From the NCBI GenBank assembly GCA_047495785.1, contig JBLDXI010000026.1, positions 1,178,001-1,242,000 of the forward strand: a stretch of 64,000 bases of DNA. Direction: 5' to 3'. Origin of the DNA: Lepidodermella squamata (taxonomy: Eukaryota > Animalia > Gastrotricha). A model generated the notes under the pieces. That model was not told where the DNA came from and did not search any database. It saw only the letters and a list, made by a program, of their open reading frames with translations. Shown here one piece after another: positions 1-11,149 of this stretch. A program made the translations under genes and the position numbers. Within the stretch, counting starts at the first letter, position 1, and every line of letters starts with the position of its first letter.

Positions 1-43
1 TTCAAGCACTTTAACGATTATTACTCCAAACAATGTCTCTTAG

Positions 44-2089
44 GGGATGGCAGCGACGAAGCAATCTGTGGTGGAAGACCTGAGTTTCATAACGTAAGAT
101 CAGCAGCGATTTACAGGGTGTCCCATAAGAAACGCAAGCAAAGAAAATACACGGAAAAGGGATCAGAAACTCTAAAATGAGAGACGAAGTCACATCTCAT
201 GGCGAGAATAATAATTAAGTATGTTGATGGGATTAGAAACGTCCGAAGAAATTTGGTTCAACAGGGTAAAATACCGAAAATTACCAAACCGGTTACCATC
301 GGGGTTTTCTGGAAATTCTTCAGCAAATGTTTTTATTCCTTCGGTTAAATCGCGGCTAAAATATGGAATACTCTCTCAGCAGGTTTAATTTGAATAATTA
401 GTTGAATTTCCTAAAAAAAAGTTGTTAGATTAAAAAATGATGCGCAACTTTTGGGACACGCTGAATAATGAGTTTAGGTATTTGCGCTTTTATTTTTGCA
501 TGTAATAAAGAGTACGTGTGGCAGTAACGAATTCAGATGCGACAACGGCAGATGCATAACAAGCAATTATATGTATGAATTCAAAACATTGCTTATTACG
601 GTAATCCCAATAATATTTCAATGCAGCTGCGACAGCGATAATGACTGCGGTTAGTTTATCTCGGTTACAACCATTTCAACTCTCCACATTCGAATGTTCT
701 ATCTGTAGTTTTGAGGCTCTTGTATTGAATTCCGAAGAGCTCCGCAGAGCATATGTCAATTTTAAGTTTAGTTTATGTAAATTGAATGATTTTACCGATA
801 TCGTCTAGCCGAGTAGCAATCATCAAAAATGTCATGAAAGCATGAAAGCTATACAGGGCCTAGCGCCTAGCTGTCTGAAAAGTGTCTCATTCATCCATAA
901 CTCAAATTACATTTTTTGTCGGAGCCTTAAATTGGAGGTTGTGAGATATAGTTAAGTACCTATTGCTTAAGGTGATCAAAGCGACGAAATAAACTGCGCG
1001 AGCCACCAGCCAACACCTACAGCACAAGTAAGACCGATAATTTCCATGATAGGTAATATAAATAACACATTTCCAATTTGGATATTCAGCACGCAACACA
1101 GGAGAAAGAAACTCTAGCGGTCCTGGCAAAGTCAACTGAAACAAACGCTTTCGATTTGCCCAATCAAGCGGCTCCAATATCTACCTCGCATCCCTTTTCT
1201 GACCCTTCTATTTCAACTTCCATCGTTGGTTGTGGCTTGATCAATTCCAGTGCGGACAGCGTTGTCGGTGGAAATGTGCAAGCCATTAATCCTCTCCCTT
1301 GGGTGGCTTCCCTGTATTTTGAGGATGGTAGAGTGGACTGCTACGGGGCACTGATTTCTGATCAATGGATCCTTACTGCTGCCGAATGTGTTAGGGACAC
1401 GAAACGTCCCGGAAAAGTAACCATAGTGTTGGCAAGTCTTGGCCGCAAAGAGCAGTCTTTAAATGTGCGAGATGCTTACGACATGTACGGCGTTAGGAAA
1501 TTCTCACATCCTATGTTCTTATGGGGTTCAGGGAAAATGAATTTCGCGCTTATCAAGCTTCGTTCGAAAGTCTCATTTTCTAGCAGAGTACAGCCGATAT
1601 GCCTGCCTGATGCATCAATGTGTGATAACATCTCCAACTCTGAAAGAATGGCAAAAGTCGATGACTGCACAGTAGCTACCATGGCTATAAGAGGTAGGCA
1701 GTTAACTTTTCGTTGCAGATGTTTGATATTTTTGATTTTTTCATTCTTTTTGAGATTTTTATTGATTTTTATTGATGATTTTTGCATGGAATTTTTCCTC
1801 AGATATAGAAAATGCCCAGATATTGGCTGCTGTCAACGTAACCGATCGGCTGAGTTGTAATGACCTAAGATACCTGCCATTGTCGATAGCCCACATATGC
1901 GTCCGTGGACCGGAAAACCTACGCGACGCAGCCCTCGACGGTGGTCCACTTATTTGTAAGCAGCGCCTGACTGGCCGAGCTCATGTGATAGGCATTTTTT
2001 CCCAGAGCCTTGTGCATCCGGAATTAATGGTGTTTGGCCGAGTTTGTTCTGCTTTGCCGTGGGTCAAGAAAATCATGGCGAACAACTGA
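44..2089 (+). CDS. LDLa-repeat serine protease homolog, catalytically dead (5' end outside window)
   Basis: Hand-spliced exons ~44-93, 511-572, 627-649, 972-1027, 1090-1693, ~1804-2089 give ..DGSDEAIC / [35 protein letters not shown] (LDLa), an S/T/P linker, then an S1 protease fold starting VVGG. Triad motifs read TAAEC, MNFAL and ALDGGP (H, D and S all replaced). Shares the ..MANN* C-terminus with the two active paralogs. Confidence 0.85.
114..463. mobile_element. Tc1/mariner-type MITE (family copy 1), intronic
   Basis: TA followed by CAGGGTGTCCCA at the left end and TGGGACACGCTG at the right (TIRs). Internal sequence (aacgcaagcaaagaaaata..cagaaactctaaa..ggtaaaataccgaaaattacc) recurs at ~36163 and ~54543. 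Confidence 0.8.
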
Positions 2090-2465
2090 CCGACTCTAAC
2101 CTGACTAGACAATGCTCATCCTTCAGTGAGCTCTAAACCAGTTATTCTATTATCAACTCAAAAAGTAAAGCGTTTTCTAGCCAAAAAAGACTGATACAAA
2201 TATTTCAGATTCTGAAAACTCAAGTTCGAATTTTTGCTCGATTTCTTCACTTGGGTTTAAAGATTCAATTTCAAAATAAAAACCTCAATAAGCTTCATTT
2301 AATTTGTAATTGTTTACTGCTACTACGATCTTGACTACGATGGGCCCGAATTGAGCTTCTCAACAATAGTCGTAATACGGGCGCCATGATATGTGCTTAC
2401 ACGCGTTACGCATCATGCCTACTTAATCCTTTTACATTGAATAAAATATGAAACGTAGTTCTAAG

Positions 2466-3888
2466 ATGAAAGAAAATTCATTCTTCATTTTGCGATTCTT
2501 TGTCCTTCAAGTTGGTCTTTCCCCTTTCATTATGCAAAGTTAATTTGCATAATTTTGCTCATTTACAGATACTTCAGGCAGCTGGCTCCAAGCACATGTG
2601 TGAAATTCCGAATGTCGAAAATGCTTTTTTCATGAACATCGTGAGCGACCGTGGGTTCGAAGATCTGCCACTATTATGGCCCGGCGACGAGGTTCGACCA
2701 GGAACCACAGTATCCATATTTTGCCAGTCATCTTCTGGCACCGTGTTGGATTCAGAGTATGATGATTCCAAGTGCCAAGAAGGCGGCATTTGGAGCCCTC
2801 CTTTCGGGCGATGTATCAAGGACCCGTACTATGATGTAATCAGCCATGTTTAAAACTGCTCATTTATTCATGTAGTCGGTTATAACAAACTTCAATTAAC
2901 CGAAAAAATAGCTTAGCGTGCCTTAAGTAATCTGGGATCTTGTTCTGTTAGCGATGTTAAAAAACAGTCGGATCCTGGATTATTTATGTCAGCAGATGAC
3001 AATTAATTGTCTCCTCGACACACGAGCAGGCTCAAATCTGCCTCGCATGCAACTAATTCAAAACCTGTATGCTTGGGCTTACAATTTTAAGCTGGTGTGT
3101 AGCTCTCAAAAATACCGCCGATATTGAAACTGGTTGGTAAAAATCTAAATTTTCCATCTCTCTTAGTCGGAGGTCAACTGTCTCGGCTCTTATTATGCTT
3201 CATCCGTCTCCAACCGTTATATCGTCCCCCTATTAAGCTGTTCTCCCAAACAATGCATAAAAGCAGTTTCAAGGTGAGACATGTTGTTGACTATGCAAAT
3301 ATATCGCCATTGATTTTGTACTTCAGATGTGATGGCAAGTCGGAATGTGGTAACAAAATTTGCATGAAATATTTTGTCATGATATACCTTATGCGCTTGA
3401 TTTATCAGCCGATGGTCGCGATGAGATGAATTGCGACCTTGCTTCTGCTTACGTAAGATTTCGGCTGAGAAACATGCCTATTAAAGGTGATTCAGCGTTA
3501 ACCTCAGGGTTGTGAGGAAGATGAATTCCCATGTGAAGCCATCAACGATTGCTTCCCACGAACATTCATGTCTGTTTTCTCAGTTTTACTGCTAATAGCC
3601 CTTGAGCCGTCATCATTTTACAGCTGCGATAAGGAAGTGGATTGTCCAGATGGCAGTGACGAGCTATCATGTACAATTGACTCGGTAAAACTCTTTGCCG
3701 TTCAGTTTTTGATAATAATTTTCTCTGCTCAGACACGATCAACCGACGAATCAACAAACTCCACGAATCAACAAACTCAATTTAGTTGCGCCAACGGCAA
3801 TCGTGTCGATAAAAACTACGTTTGCGATTCTGATGACGATTGTGGTGACCATTCCGACGAAGTCAACTGTCCCAACTTGTTATCGTGA
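2466..3888 (+). CDS. Secreted CCP(sushi)-LDLa x3 protein, paralog A, no protease domain
   Basis: Hydrophobic leader MKENSFFILRFFVLQ|ILQAAG, sushi domain CEIPNVENA..C..C..GIWSPPFGRC, three LDLa repeats on small GT-AG exons, stop after EVNCPNLLS. Confidence 0.8.
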
Positions 3889-4086
3889 AAATCATCCCTC
3901 ATGCTGTTGAGCAACTGGTGTTTCATTGACATTTATCAAAAATATTCCAGTTGGTTGCCGCGTTTAAGACTTCATTTGATATAAACACCCATGTAGGGTT
4001 TAGTTTGAAGAGAAACCAGGGTTGCACTTGTATAAACAGGATAAACAGTGTTTAAACAGTATAAAGTACCTGAGAATTGTTGTTCT

Positions 4087-4151
4087 GTCTATTTACGAGT
4101 GACTTTTCGGCCCTCTCGCGAGCCAACATCAGACTAGAAAGCAAAACAGAC
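4087..4151 (-). ncRNA. Degenerate minimal type I hammerhead ribozyme associated with the Penelope-like element
   Basis: Minus strand reads GTCTGTTTTGCTTTCTAGT-CTGATGT-TGGCTCGCGAGAGGGCC-GAAA-AGTC-ACTCGTAAATAGAC: core CUGAUG(A>U), stem II with a GCGA loop, GAAA, GUC cleavage triplet, stem I AGT/ACT extended by GTCTGTTT/AAATAGAC. Lies just 3' of the GIY-YIG remnant. Confidence 0.6.
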
Positions 4152-4164
4152 AAGAAAATTTCAG

Positions 4165-4620
4165 GTAAAAGGAAATGACAACTGATCTGATTGCACTTTT
4201 AGGCTCATTGCTAGTTTGATTTTCTTCATCAGCAAGCTCTCGTGCAATAAACAGTACCATCTGTTTATGCACTGTGTAACACCTTTAAACATGCAGGTCG
4301 AAGCCATCAAGGAATTAATGTGAGCTCAAATGGTTTCCGATTGAGCTGGACTGTAGCCAATGTTGTTAAACGCGCTGGTGAAGGTTCTTCACATTGGCCA
4401 CGTTTGAACTGGTAGACGACGAACTGGTGGTTGATGAGGTCTGGCTTCGGTTCCTGGGCTCCAACATTTTCCGCGATCTTCCGGCTGGTGAAAATAGCCT
4501 GGATTGGCACCTGCAACTTCGCGGCCAGGTCATTCAAATTGGACTTGAGCTAGCTAGCAAACTTCTCGTCCTTGAAGGCTTCGACCTGCACGCGTGTTTC
4601 AAGGACTTTAAATACGCAGA
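4165..4620 (-). mobile_element. Penelope-like retroelement remnant (linker plus GIY-YIG endonuclease fragments)
   Basis: Minus-strand translation FKDEKFAS*LKSNLNDLAAKLQVPIQAIFTSRKI..EPKPDLINHQFVVYQFKRGQC, then CLLHESLLMKKIK..VQSD. These match the recalled PLE pattern PFKDQ..LKDLS..IQPVF.SRKI..KPPIVNQQCVVY.F.C..C and CLVYEMLFI..L.VQSD. Internal stop and deletion. Confidence 0.75.
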
Positions 4621-4911
4621 TATGTATCGTAGTTGTATACGATACATTCTGATGAGTTACTTGCAATATACTAGAGAATGTTTCCCTTCTGTTTCGTTGC
4701 GCATATACAATATAGTTATTGCGAGGATTATGAGGCATTCAGTTATCTCTGGTTTATGACAAATCGAGTAAGCTACATTGGCCCGTCTGCGAGATGTGTT
4801 GCTTTTTTGCTTATACAAATTTTGAATCGATTGATAGGCGCTAATTTATAAACCAGCGGAGTCAAAGAGAGCTAATTGAACACAAATACGATATACATAA
4901 ACATTCGTGAG

Positions 4912-7224
4912 ATGGGAGATTATCTATTTCATCTAAATCCCATGTTTCCTTATTCCTTTATCTACGCGTTTCTTTCTGTCGGCTTTGCTACTGCAGGCAA
5001 GCCTGAAAATGTAAGCTTGCTCGTTCTGCTACCATTGGCGAGTAACCTTCCGAGGAATGGGGAGCTATGCCGAGCATCCATGCAACTAGTCATCAACTTC
5101 GCAAACGAGAGAGCCGATGTTTTGCCCAGTTACTTCATTACTGCCAATTTCAAGAATGAGGACTATCGTGGGGTGAGGGCACCTTATGGTTACACCGATT
5201 TCCTTCGTTCAGAATCGACTACATTATTACCTTTATCGATCGGGGGTTTCTATTCCATCGGATGTAAAAGCATTGCATCTTTCCCTCAGCATCTGAATAT
5301 GGTCCATTTAGCTCTTAATTGTCCATCCTCGTCCCTTACAGCTAATCGCCGTGTTTTTCCGAACTTTTACCGAATACGTGGACCCTCAGATCTTGCACTC
5401 CGTCCGCTGATCCAGTTCATTAAACGCGTTGGAATATGGAGAAGGTTGGCTAGTGTTGTAGATTTTGATAGTTTGAATGACTTCAAAATGGCGACGGACT
5501 TTTACGCCGCAGCCTACGAGAGCCAACTTGATATCGCTGCGATAGAGAGCGTAGATGCGAAGGACTTCATGTCTTTATTGAAGGCAGATCTTCGAATAAT
5601 TATCGCTCACATCAACTTATTCGACCGGGCTGTTGAATTTTTTTGCAACGCCTATCATGCCGGAATAACTGGCCATAAATACTTGTTCCTCATGCCGAGT
5701 TCAGCTGAGTTTGAAGTTGAATTTTTGAGCGGGATGAAGTGCTCAAAAGATGCGATAAATCAGCAACTGAAAACCACGATTTGGATAGGTTCAAGTTTGA
5801 GCGCACAGGAGACAAGCCCAGAACCAGTTTCGATCTTGCGTTACAACCTTGCCGCATTCGAGAAGAAGTTTGATGAATTTACGAATCACTCGAGGACGTC
5901 TGATTTCATGCTTCGGCATCTCTGTCATGATCTAATGCTGCAAGCCCTGCTGACTCTGGACAATGCTGATAATATTCTGAGATCTCGATTCAATCTGAGT
6001 TTAAAAGATTTCCAAACTCATCCGAAGCTCGTCTCAGGAGTTGTGAATTCCAGCCTGAGCGTAACCAAATACGTTGGCCTCAGAGTAGGTCAAACGCAAT
6101 ATTCGGAAAGGCTTGAGTTTGACAGTGAACCGATTTACATTAAACAAGGATCGCCATCGCTGATGCTGGAAAAATTCATTTTCCTTGGTAATAACGGTTA
6201 CCATCATTTCGTGTTTCGAAACATTTCATGGGCAACTTTGAATGGAAGGCCCCCAAAAGATCACGCTGAATCGATTGAATACGTGCAAAGAATGCCTTTG
6301 GAAGTCTCAGGATGTGTTTCAGCTTTGTCTTTTCTTATTACTGGCGTTCAATTTTATTTCATTTACAAAACTTTCAAGATGTATAGGAAACTTCGAGAAT
6401 CGAGATATAAAGCTATGCTTATATTCGGTTGTTATCTGATGAATTTGGCAGCGATCAGTTTCGCTTTCAGCTGGCATACAGCTAGCTGTATTTTTCAACC
6501 TCTTCTCACTGCGATAGGATTGTCCTTCACTAATGGCGTTCTACTTTTCACCCAGGTTCATTTCGCCCGTCAAATTTCTCACGGAAGTCACGTAGGTCTG
6601 GCGCCAGCGACTAGTTTTCATCTTGCGAAAAAGGCTAGTAGTGGATTACAGCCGAAGCCTCGTTTTTCAGTGCAGGACCGAAAATCAATATTAATTGAGA
6701 AAGACGGCGAAATTGTTCACAAATACTGCGTGCCAGAGATGACCTACACTTTGGCTGGTCTAAATGCGGCGGTTCTGTTAATTTGGTTCGCCAGTGACCT
6801 GCCACGCAATAACCTAGTGCGTTTGTCTGAGCTCTATAACCCAGACGATGATGCGAACGTAAATATCCTGGCTAATTATTGCACATCGAAAAATTATGTC
6901 GCCTGGGTTGTAGCATTAACTGCCATCAATATGGTCGTTTTAAGCTCGAGTCTCCTGCTGGCGTACGAATTAAGACATAGCTTCGCGTCGCCGTACTTGA
7001 CCTACAAACTAGTGAGTGTTGCTACGATGAATGAGTGTGCGATGTTTCTTATCACTGTGCTGATTGTCGTCCTTCAAACGTCGCCGATTGTCCGGCAGAT
7101 GACGCTTGCGTTTTCGCTGATTTTGATATCGTTTTCTACCAGCTTTGTCGTCGTGTATTTGCCGACCTCTATCACCACTAAATCAGTCAGAAACATGCAC
7201 GCGCCAATACCTGCTCCGCGTTAA
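4912..7224 (+). CDS. Intronless GABA-B-like class C GPCR (Venus flytrap plus 7TM)
   Basis: Single long ORF; first ATG at 4912, alternative at 4942. Signal peptide, periplasmic-binding-type ectodomain (LTANRRVFPNFYRI), W..GRPPKD linker with no cysteine-rich domain, seven hydrophobic segments, ECL2 Cys (YCTS). Confidence 0.85.
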   Translation: MGDYLFHLNPMFPYSFIYAFLSVGFATAGKPENVSLLVLLPLASNLPRNGELCRASMQLVINFANERADVLPSYFITANFKNEDYRGVRAPYGYTDFLRSESTTLLPLSIGGFYSIGCKSIASFPQHLNMVHLALNCPSSSLTANRRVFPNFYRIRGPSDLALRPLIQFIKRVGIWRRLASVVDFDSLNDFKMATDFYAAAYESQLDIAAIESVDAKDFMSLLKADLRIIIAHINLFDRAVEFFCNAYHAGITGHKYLFLMPSSAEFEVEFLSGMKCSKDAINQQLKTTIWIGSSLSAQETSPEPVSILRYNLAAFEKKFDEFTNHSRTSDFMLRHLCHDLMLQALLTLDNADNILRSRFNLSLKDFQTHPKLVSGVVNSSLSVTKYVGLRVGQTQYSERLEFDSEPIYIKQGSPSLMLEKFIFLGNNGYHHFVFRNISWATLNGRPPKDHAESIEYVQRMPLEVSGCVSALSFLITGVQFYFIYKTFKMYRKLRESRYKAMLIFGCYLMNLAAISFAFSWHTASCIFQPLLTAIGLSFTNGVLLFTQVHFARQISHGSHVGLAPATSFHLAKKASSGLQPKPRFSVQDRKSILIEKDGEIVHKYCVPEMTYTLAGLNAAVLLIWFASDLPRNNLVRLSELYNPDDDANVNILANYCTSKNYVAWVVALTAINMVVLSSSLLLAYELRHSFASPYLTYKLVSVATMNECAMFLITVLIVVLQTSPIVRQMTLAFSLILISFSTSFVVVYLPTSITTKSVRNMHAPIPAPR

Positions 7225-7242
7225 AGATTCGCTAGCCATTTC

Positions 7243-7257
7243 ATTTATTCAAATAAA
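7243..7257. terminator. Back-to-back polyadenylation signals of the convergent GPCR and protease genes
   Basis: catTTATTcaAATAAA gives AATAAA on both strands between the stops at 7224 (+) and 7444 (-). Confidence 0.45.
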
Positions 7258-7443
7258 ACCTATCCAGATTGTAAGCTCAGTCGAGATTTGAATTGGCTGA
7301 ATCGATTGTGTACTATAATCATCCCAAGCGATAATAAAATCTGCCCCAATTATGAGAGTAGTAATTATGCCTCCGAAAGTTCCACATTTTCCATTTAACA
7401 TTGGGAAATGGTTCAGGTATATTCTATTCTATTCTATCTAGGT

Positions 7444-9765
7444 TTAGTTATTGGCCATAGTTGACTTAATCCATGGCAAAGCAGAGCAAACGCGTGCAAA
7501 CACAGACGAAAAACCGTAGCTTCCACACTGTATGTTTCCCCATGAGACGACTCCAATAACATAAATGCGACCATTAGGGCCATGCTTGCACATCAACGGA
7601 CCTCCGCTATCCCCCTGACAGGTGCCTCGCCTGCCGTCACCAGTGCATATTTGGGCAGTCGAAATTTGGCCGTACATATCGCTGCACCTTTGCCGAGGAT
7701 TTATGCTTAATGATGCTTCCAAAAGAACATTCTTACTCGGATCTGTTATAAGATAAATTCATCACATTATGGGAGAGAACTTTAATGTTAACTATCTGAA
7801 ATTCCCCATCCAGCCACAACAGCTTCAGTGCAGCTATCAGCCACCGCAGCAGTGGCAGAGATTGTGGCGTTACACATATCATCTGGCAGACAAATCGGCT
7901 TGATTGTTGAAGAAAATGCTACTTTCGACTGAAGCTTGACGAGAGCAAAATCCATATTCCAATTCATACTGGGATTGTAATCAGGATGCTTGAAAACATG
8001 GGGACCAGAAATGTCCCGAGACCCACTTTCGCTAGGCAAGTTCAAGTCGGTTCGACCTAGGCGCACAATGAGCTCATCAAGGGTGTCACCGTTGGCGTCT
8101 GTCACGCAGTGAGCTGCTGTAAGGATCCATTGATCGGAAATGACAGATCCTCCACAGAGCCCAATGCGGCTACTTCGCGCCGTTGTGAATTTCATTTCTA
8201 AGCGAACCACCCAAGGATGAGCACCAAACGCAGCGACATTACCGCCATAGATATTGGGAACAATATTAGGACCACCGCTGCCGCACTGCTGTGCGTTTAC
8301 TGCTGGGGATGGCGCGGTATCAGCTATGCTCGTGCAGTTTTGTTCATCGCTGAAGTAACCGTCACCTAGCGGAATAATTCTACGGAAAATTCTCAACAAG
8401 CGAGAAAACACACCACAGTCATCTTCATCATCGCATCTGGGTGAATGAAATCGTTATTAAAAAATTTTACCCTTCAGTTCACCAGGAAAACTTACAACCA
8501 CGATAAGTTTATGCACTTTCGGTTTGCGCACATAAACCCATTGCATTGAAGCTTTTGGATTGGAATGGATGCATCTGATTTATTATTTTATAACAATTCT
8601 GATTCAGTCTTCCTTACGCAATTCATTTCGTCGCTACTGTCACCTGCCGATAATAATAAGGTAAAATAATAATAATTTTTCGTCTCAACTGAATCCTACC
8701 GCAGTCATTGTCTCCGTCACAGCTGAGCGATAGAACATAAACAAAGGCGGAATGTAATCGAAGTTATTTTTCAATGTGCAGGTAACTCACACGTAGTTTC
8801 GAACAATGCAGTTTCCATTTCGGCACATAAAGCCGTTGCAACTGCTCGAAGTCTACAAATGCATGAAATTCCCACAATATCTAGGTTAACAATTACGAGA
8901 AAGTTGTGTCCTAAAAACTGTACTGCTTCGAGACTTAGCCCGACTGTCATTTGGCTGAAGCTTTTACTAAGCTAGGTGGAGATAGGAAAGCAACAGTGAT
9001 ATAAATATCTGAAACTAAGCTCCCAAGTTCTCCGGACATATATACAGTAAGATTTCAAAAGCTAACTTCAAGATTCAGACATTGCCGTAAAATACAGGTG
9101 CAAATTACTCACTGTGGTGGCCGCGGAGGTCGCGGGGCGGCAGTTTTTTTCGTCGCTTAGATCGCCTTGGTCAAGAGTAAAAAAGCTTCACCCTGCTCTC
9201 AAACCTACATATGACTTTACCGCAATCGTTGTCTCCATCACAACTATGTATATAGAGGTATAAGTTGCATGAAAATGAAACTGATGGGTGAAATGACTTC
9301 CTTACAAATAAGATCTAGGTAGGCACGCGCCATTTTTGCATGCGAATTCCGTAGCTCTGCATTGATGCTAGAAGGGACCACTCACATTGAGGCTTAAACA
9401 TGTTTTATTGTCGGCGATTTACCTGACTTCCTTGACAGCCAGCTTCATCGCTTCCGTCCCCTTGCATTGAGATATAAGTTTGAAAAGAGGAGACGAAGGC
9501 TTCTGATAAACCTACGGCAATCGTCATCTTTGTCGCACCTTTTAAAATTAGGGATTAATTTTGCCTCTCGCATGACCTGAACTTACACGTAGTTTTGTGG
9601 GATGCAGCGCCCATTCTTACACGCGAACCCTCCTGGACAGCTATTCGGCGGCTGGCTGAGCTGATGAAAGATTTATAGCTGTATTCTCAGCATGATAATT
9701 TCAGATGCACTTACAACCGCAGCAGGACTGATTAGAAAAATCAAGGAGAGAATTCGCATTGTCAT
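7444..9765 (-). CDS. Secreted modular serine protease SP1: signal peptide, LDLa x4, S1 protease
   Basis: MTMRILSLIFLISPAAV leader; four LDLa repeats, each on three small exons; PN|IYGG activation site; intact TAAHC, MDFAL and GTCQGDSGGP motifs. Confidence 0.9.
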
Positions 9766-10010
9766 TTTATTTACAAATGAAAAGATGATTACTGAAACAC
9801 CCACTAATTATAAACTTCCCAATAGAATATCAATTAACGTGCTCACATGACAGGATTAAAGTTCAGGTGTTAATGCAATCATAATATAACATATAAAAGA
9901 AAGAGCTTTTTATACACGTCAACGCAATTTGACAAGTTTTCTATTAAAGGAATCTCCTGAAATTTACATCCATAGAGAACGCCCCCACCACATTGTAATC
10001 AAACCGCAAT
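9766..10010 (-). promoter_or_regulatory. Conserved proximal promoter block of SP1 (paralogous block at ~15453-15695)
   Basis: Near-identical upstream sequence in both protease genes (gctcacatgacaggattaaagttca..caacgcaatttgacaagttttctattaaaggaatctcctgaaatttacatccatagagaacgccccca), while their introns are visibly more diverged. Confidence 0.55.
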
Positions 10011-10241
10011 CTTATTCCTCCTTTTGTTTTGTTTGTTTTGTTTCCTCCGCTTCCTAACACGGCACCAAATGGTAGCGTAAGATTTGTGAACTCGGACATG
10101 AATGGGGGAAAATTTAATAATTTCCGAAAAATAACATTGAAATATTAAAAAAAAATAATGAAGTCATTTATGAAGTCATGATATTGGCATAGATAATGAG
10201 TCATGCAATACAGCAGTGCCAGAGCAACGCATGCGAAGATT

Positions 10242-11097
10242 TATGTATAGATAGAGCCCTAGAGGAGGCCAGTTTCGAGGAAAAACTCACATAATAAGAC
10301 GAGGCGTAGCCGAGGCTTATTATGTGATTTTTCCGAGAAACTAGCCGTATCGTGGGCTCTATTTTACATAGTACTCAGTGATAGTACTCGGGAGGAAGCT
10401 GTTACCCTCTTCGTTTTACGTGGGTAAATACCCCTAAATAATGCGAAAAATCACATAGGAAGTGCGATTTCACGAAAATAAAAAATCCATCTTAAAAATA
10501 AAAAGCTCAAAATTTGCAATCTGGTTATTCTGAACCGCTTTTCGCGTCACTGAGAGCAATTTTTCGGATTTTCTCATCCAGTTTCTGTGTCTGGAACATA
10601 AATGATGAGCGAATGTTTGAGAATCACTCGCTTCAGCTCATCTAAGCAGGGATTTCAATTATTTTGATGATTTCGAAAAATGCACATTCTTTAAGATTGG
10701 GGAATAGAAATTGAGATGACTAGAGGGACTTCATCGTGATTGCAAGGTGTTGCCCTTGAAGTAAACATCATCAATCTAGCTTTGCTCTACCGAAATAATC
10801 GGGCGATAGGGCGTTCGACTGTCGCAGCACAGTATTCACTGGTTTTTCTCGCTCCGTTCGAAAAAATTAAAATTCGATAGCACACTGCCTTCTCGCTACG
10901 CTCGACTCATCTCGCTTTGCTCGATCGAAAACCTTGCCCCGTGATGCTCGCGTTTCACGGCGGGGCAAGGTTTTCGGTCGCTGAAATGCATTGCTCGCTT
11001 CGCTCGCGTCTTTTAAAAAATCCAACTTAAAAGTGTTATTATGCAAAATTACTATGTTTACTATGTTTACTATGTAGCTTCCTCTAGAGTACTATGT
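10242..11097. mobile_element. Non-autonomous hairpin-rich element, class uncertain
   Basis: ~130 nt imperfect hairpin at 10242-10370; inverted repeat atagtactc..gaggaagct (10381) / agcttcctc..gagtactat (~11077-11096); second palindrome ~10926-10976. Absent from the paralogous SP2 upstream region. Confidence 0.6.
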
Positions 11098-11149
11098 TAT
11101 CTCCTTCATTCTCACCTGAAAATAAGGCAAGCTATTATTTGATTATACA

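Noticed and set aside
4394-4759. 121-aa plus-strand ORF as a gene
   Set aside because: It is the antisense shadow of the Penelope-like remnant, has a non-ATG start and no recognisable motifs.
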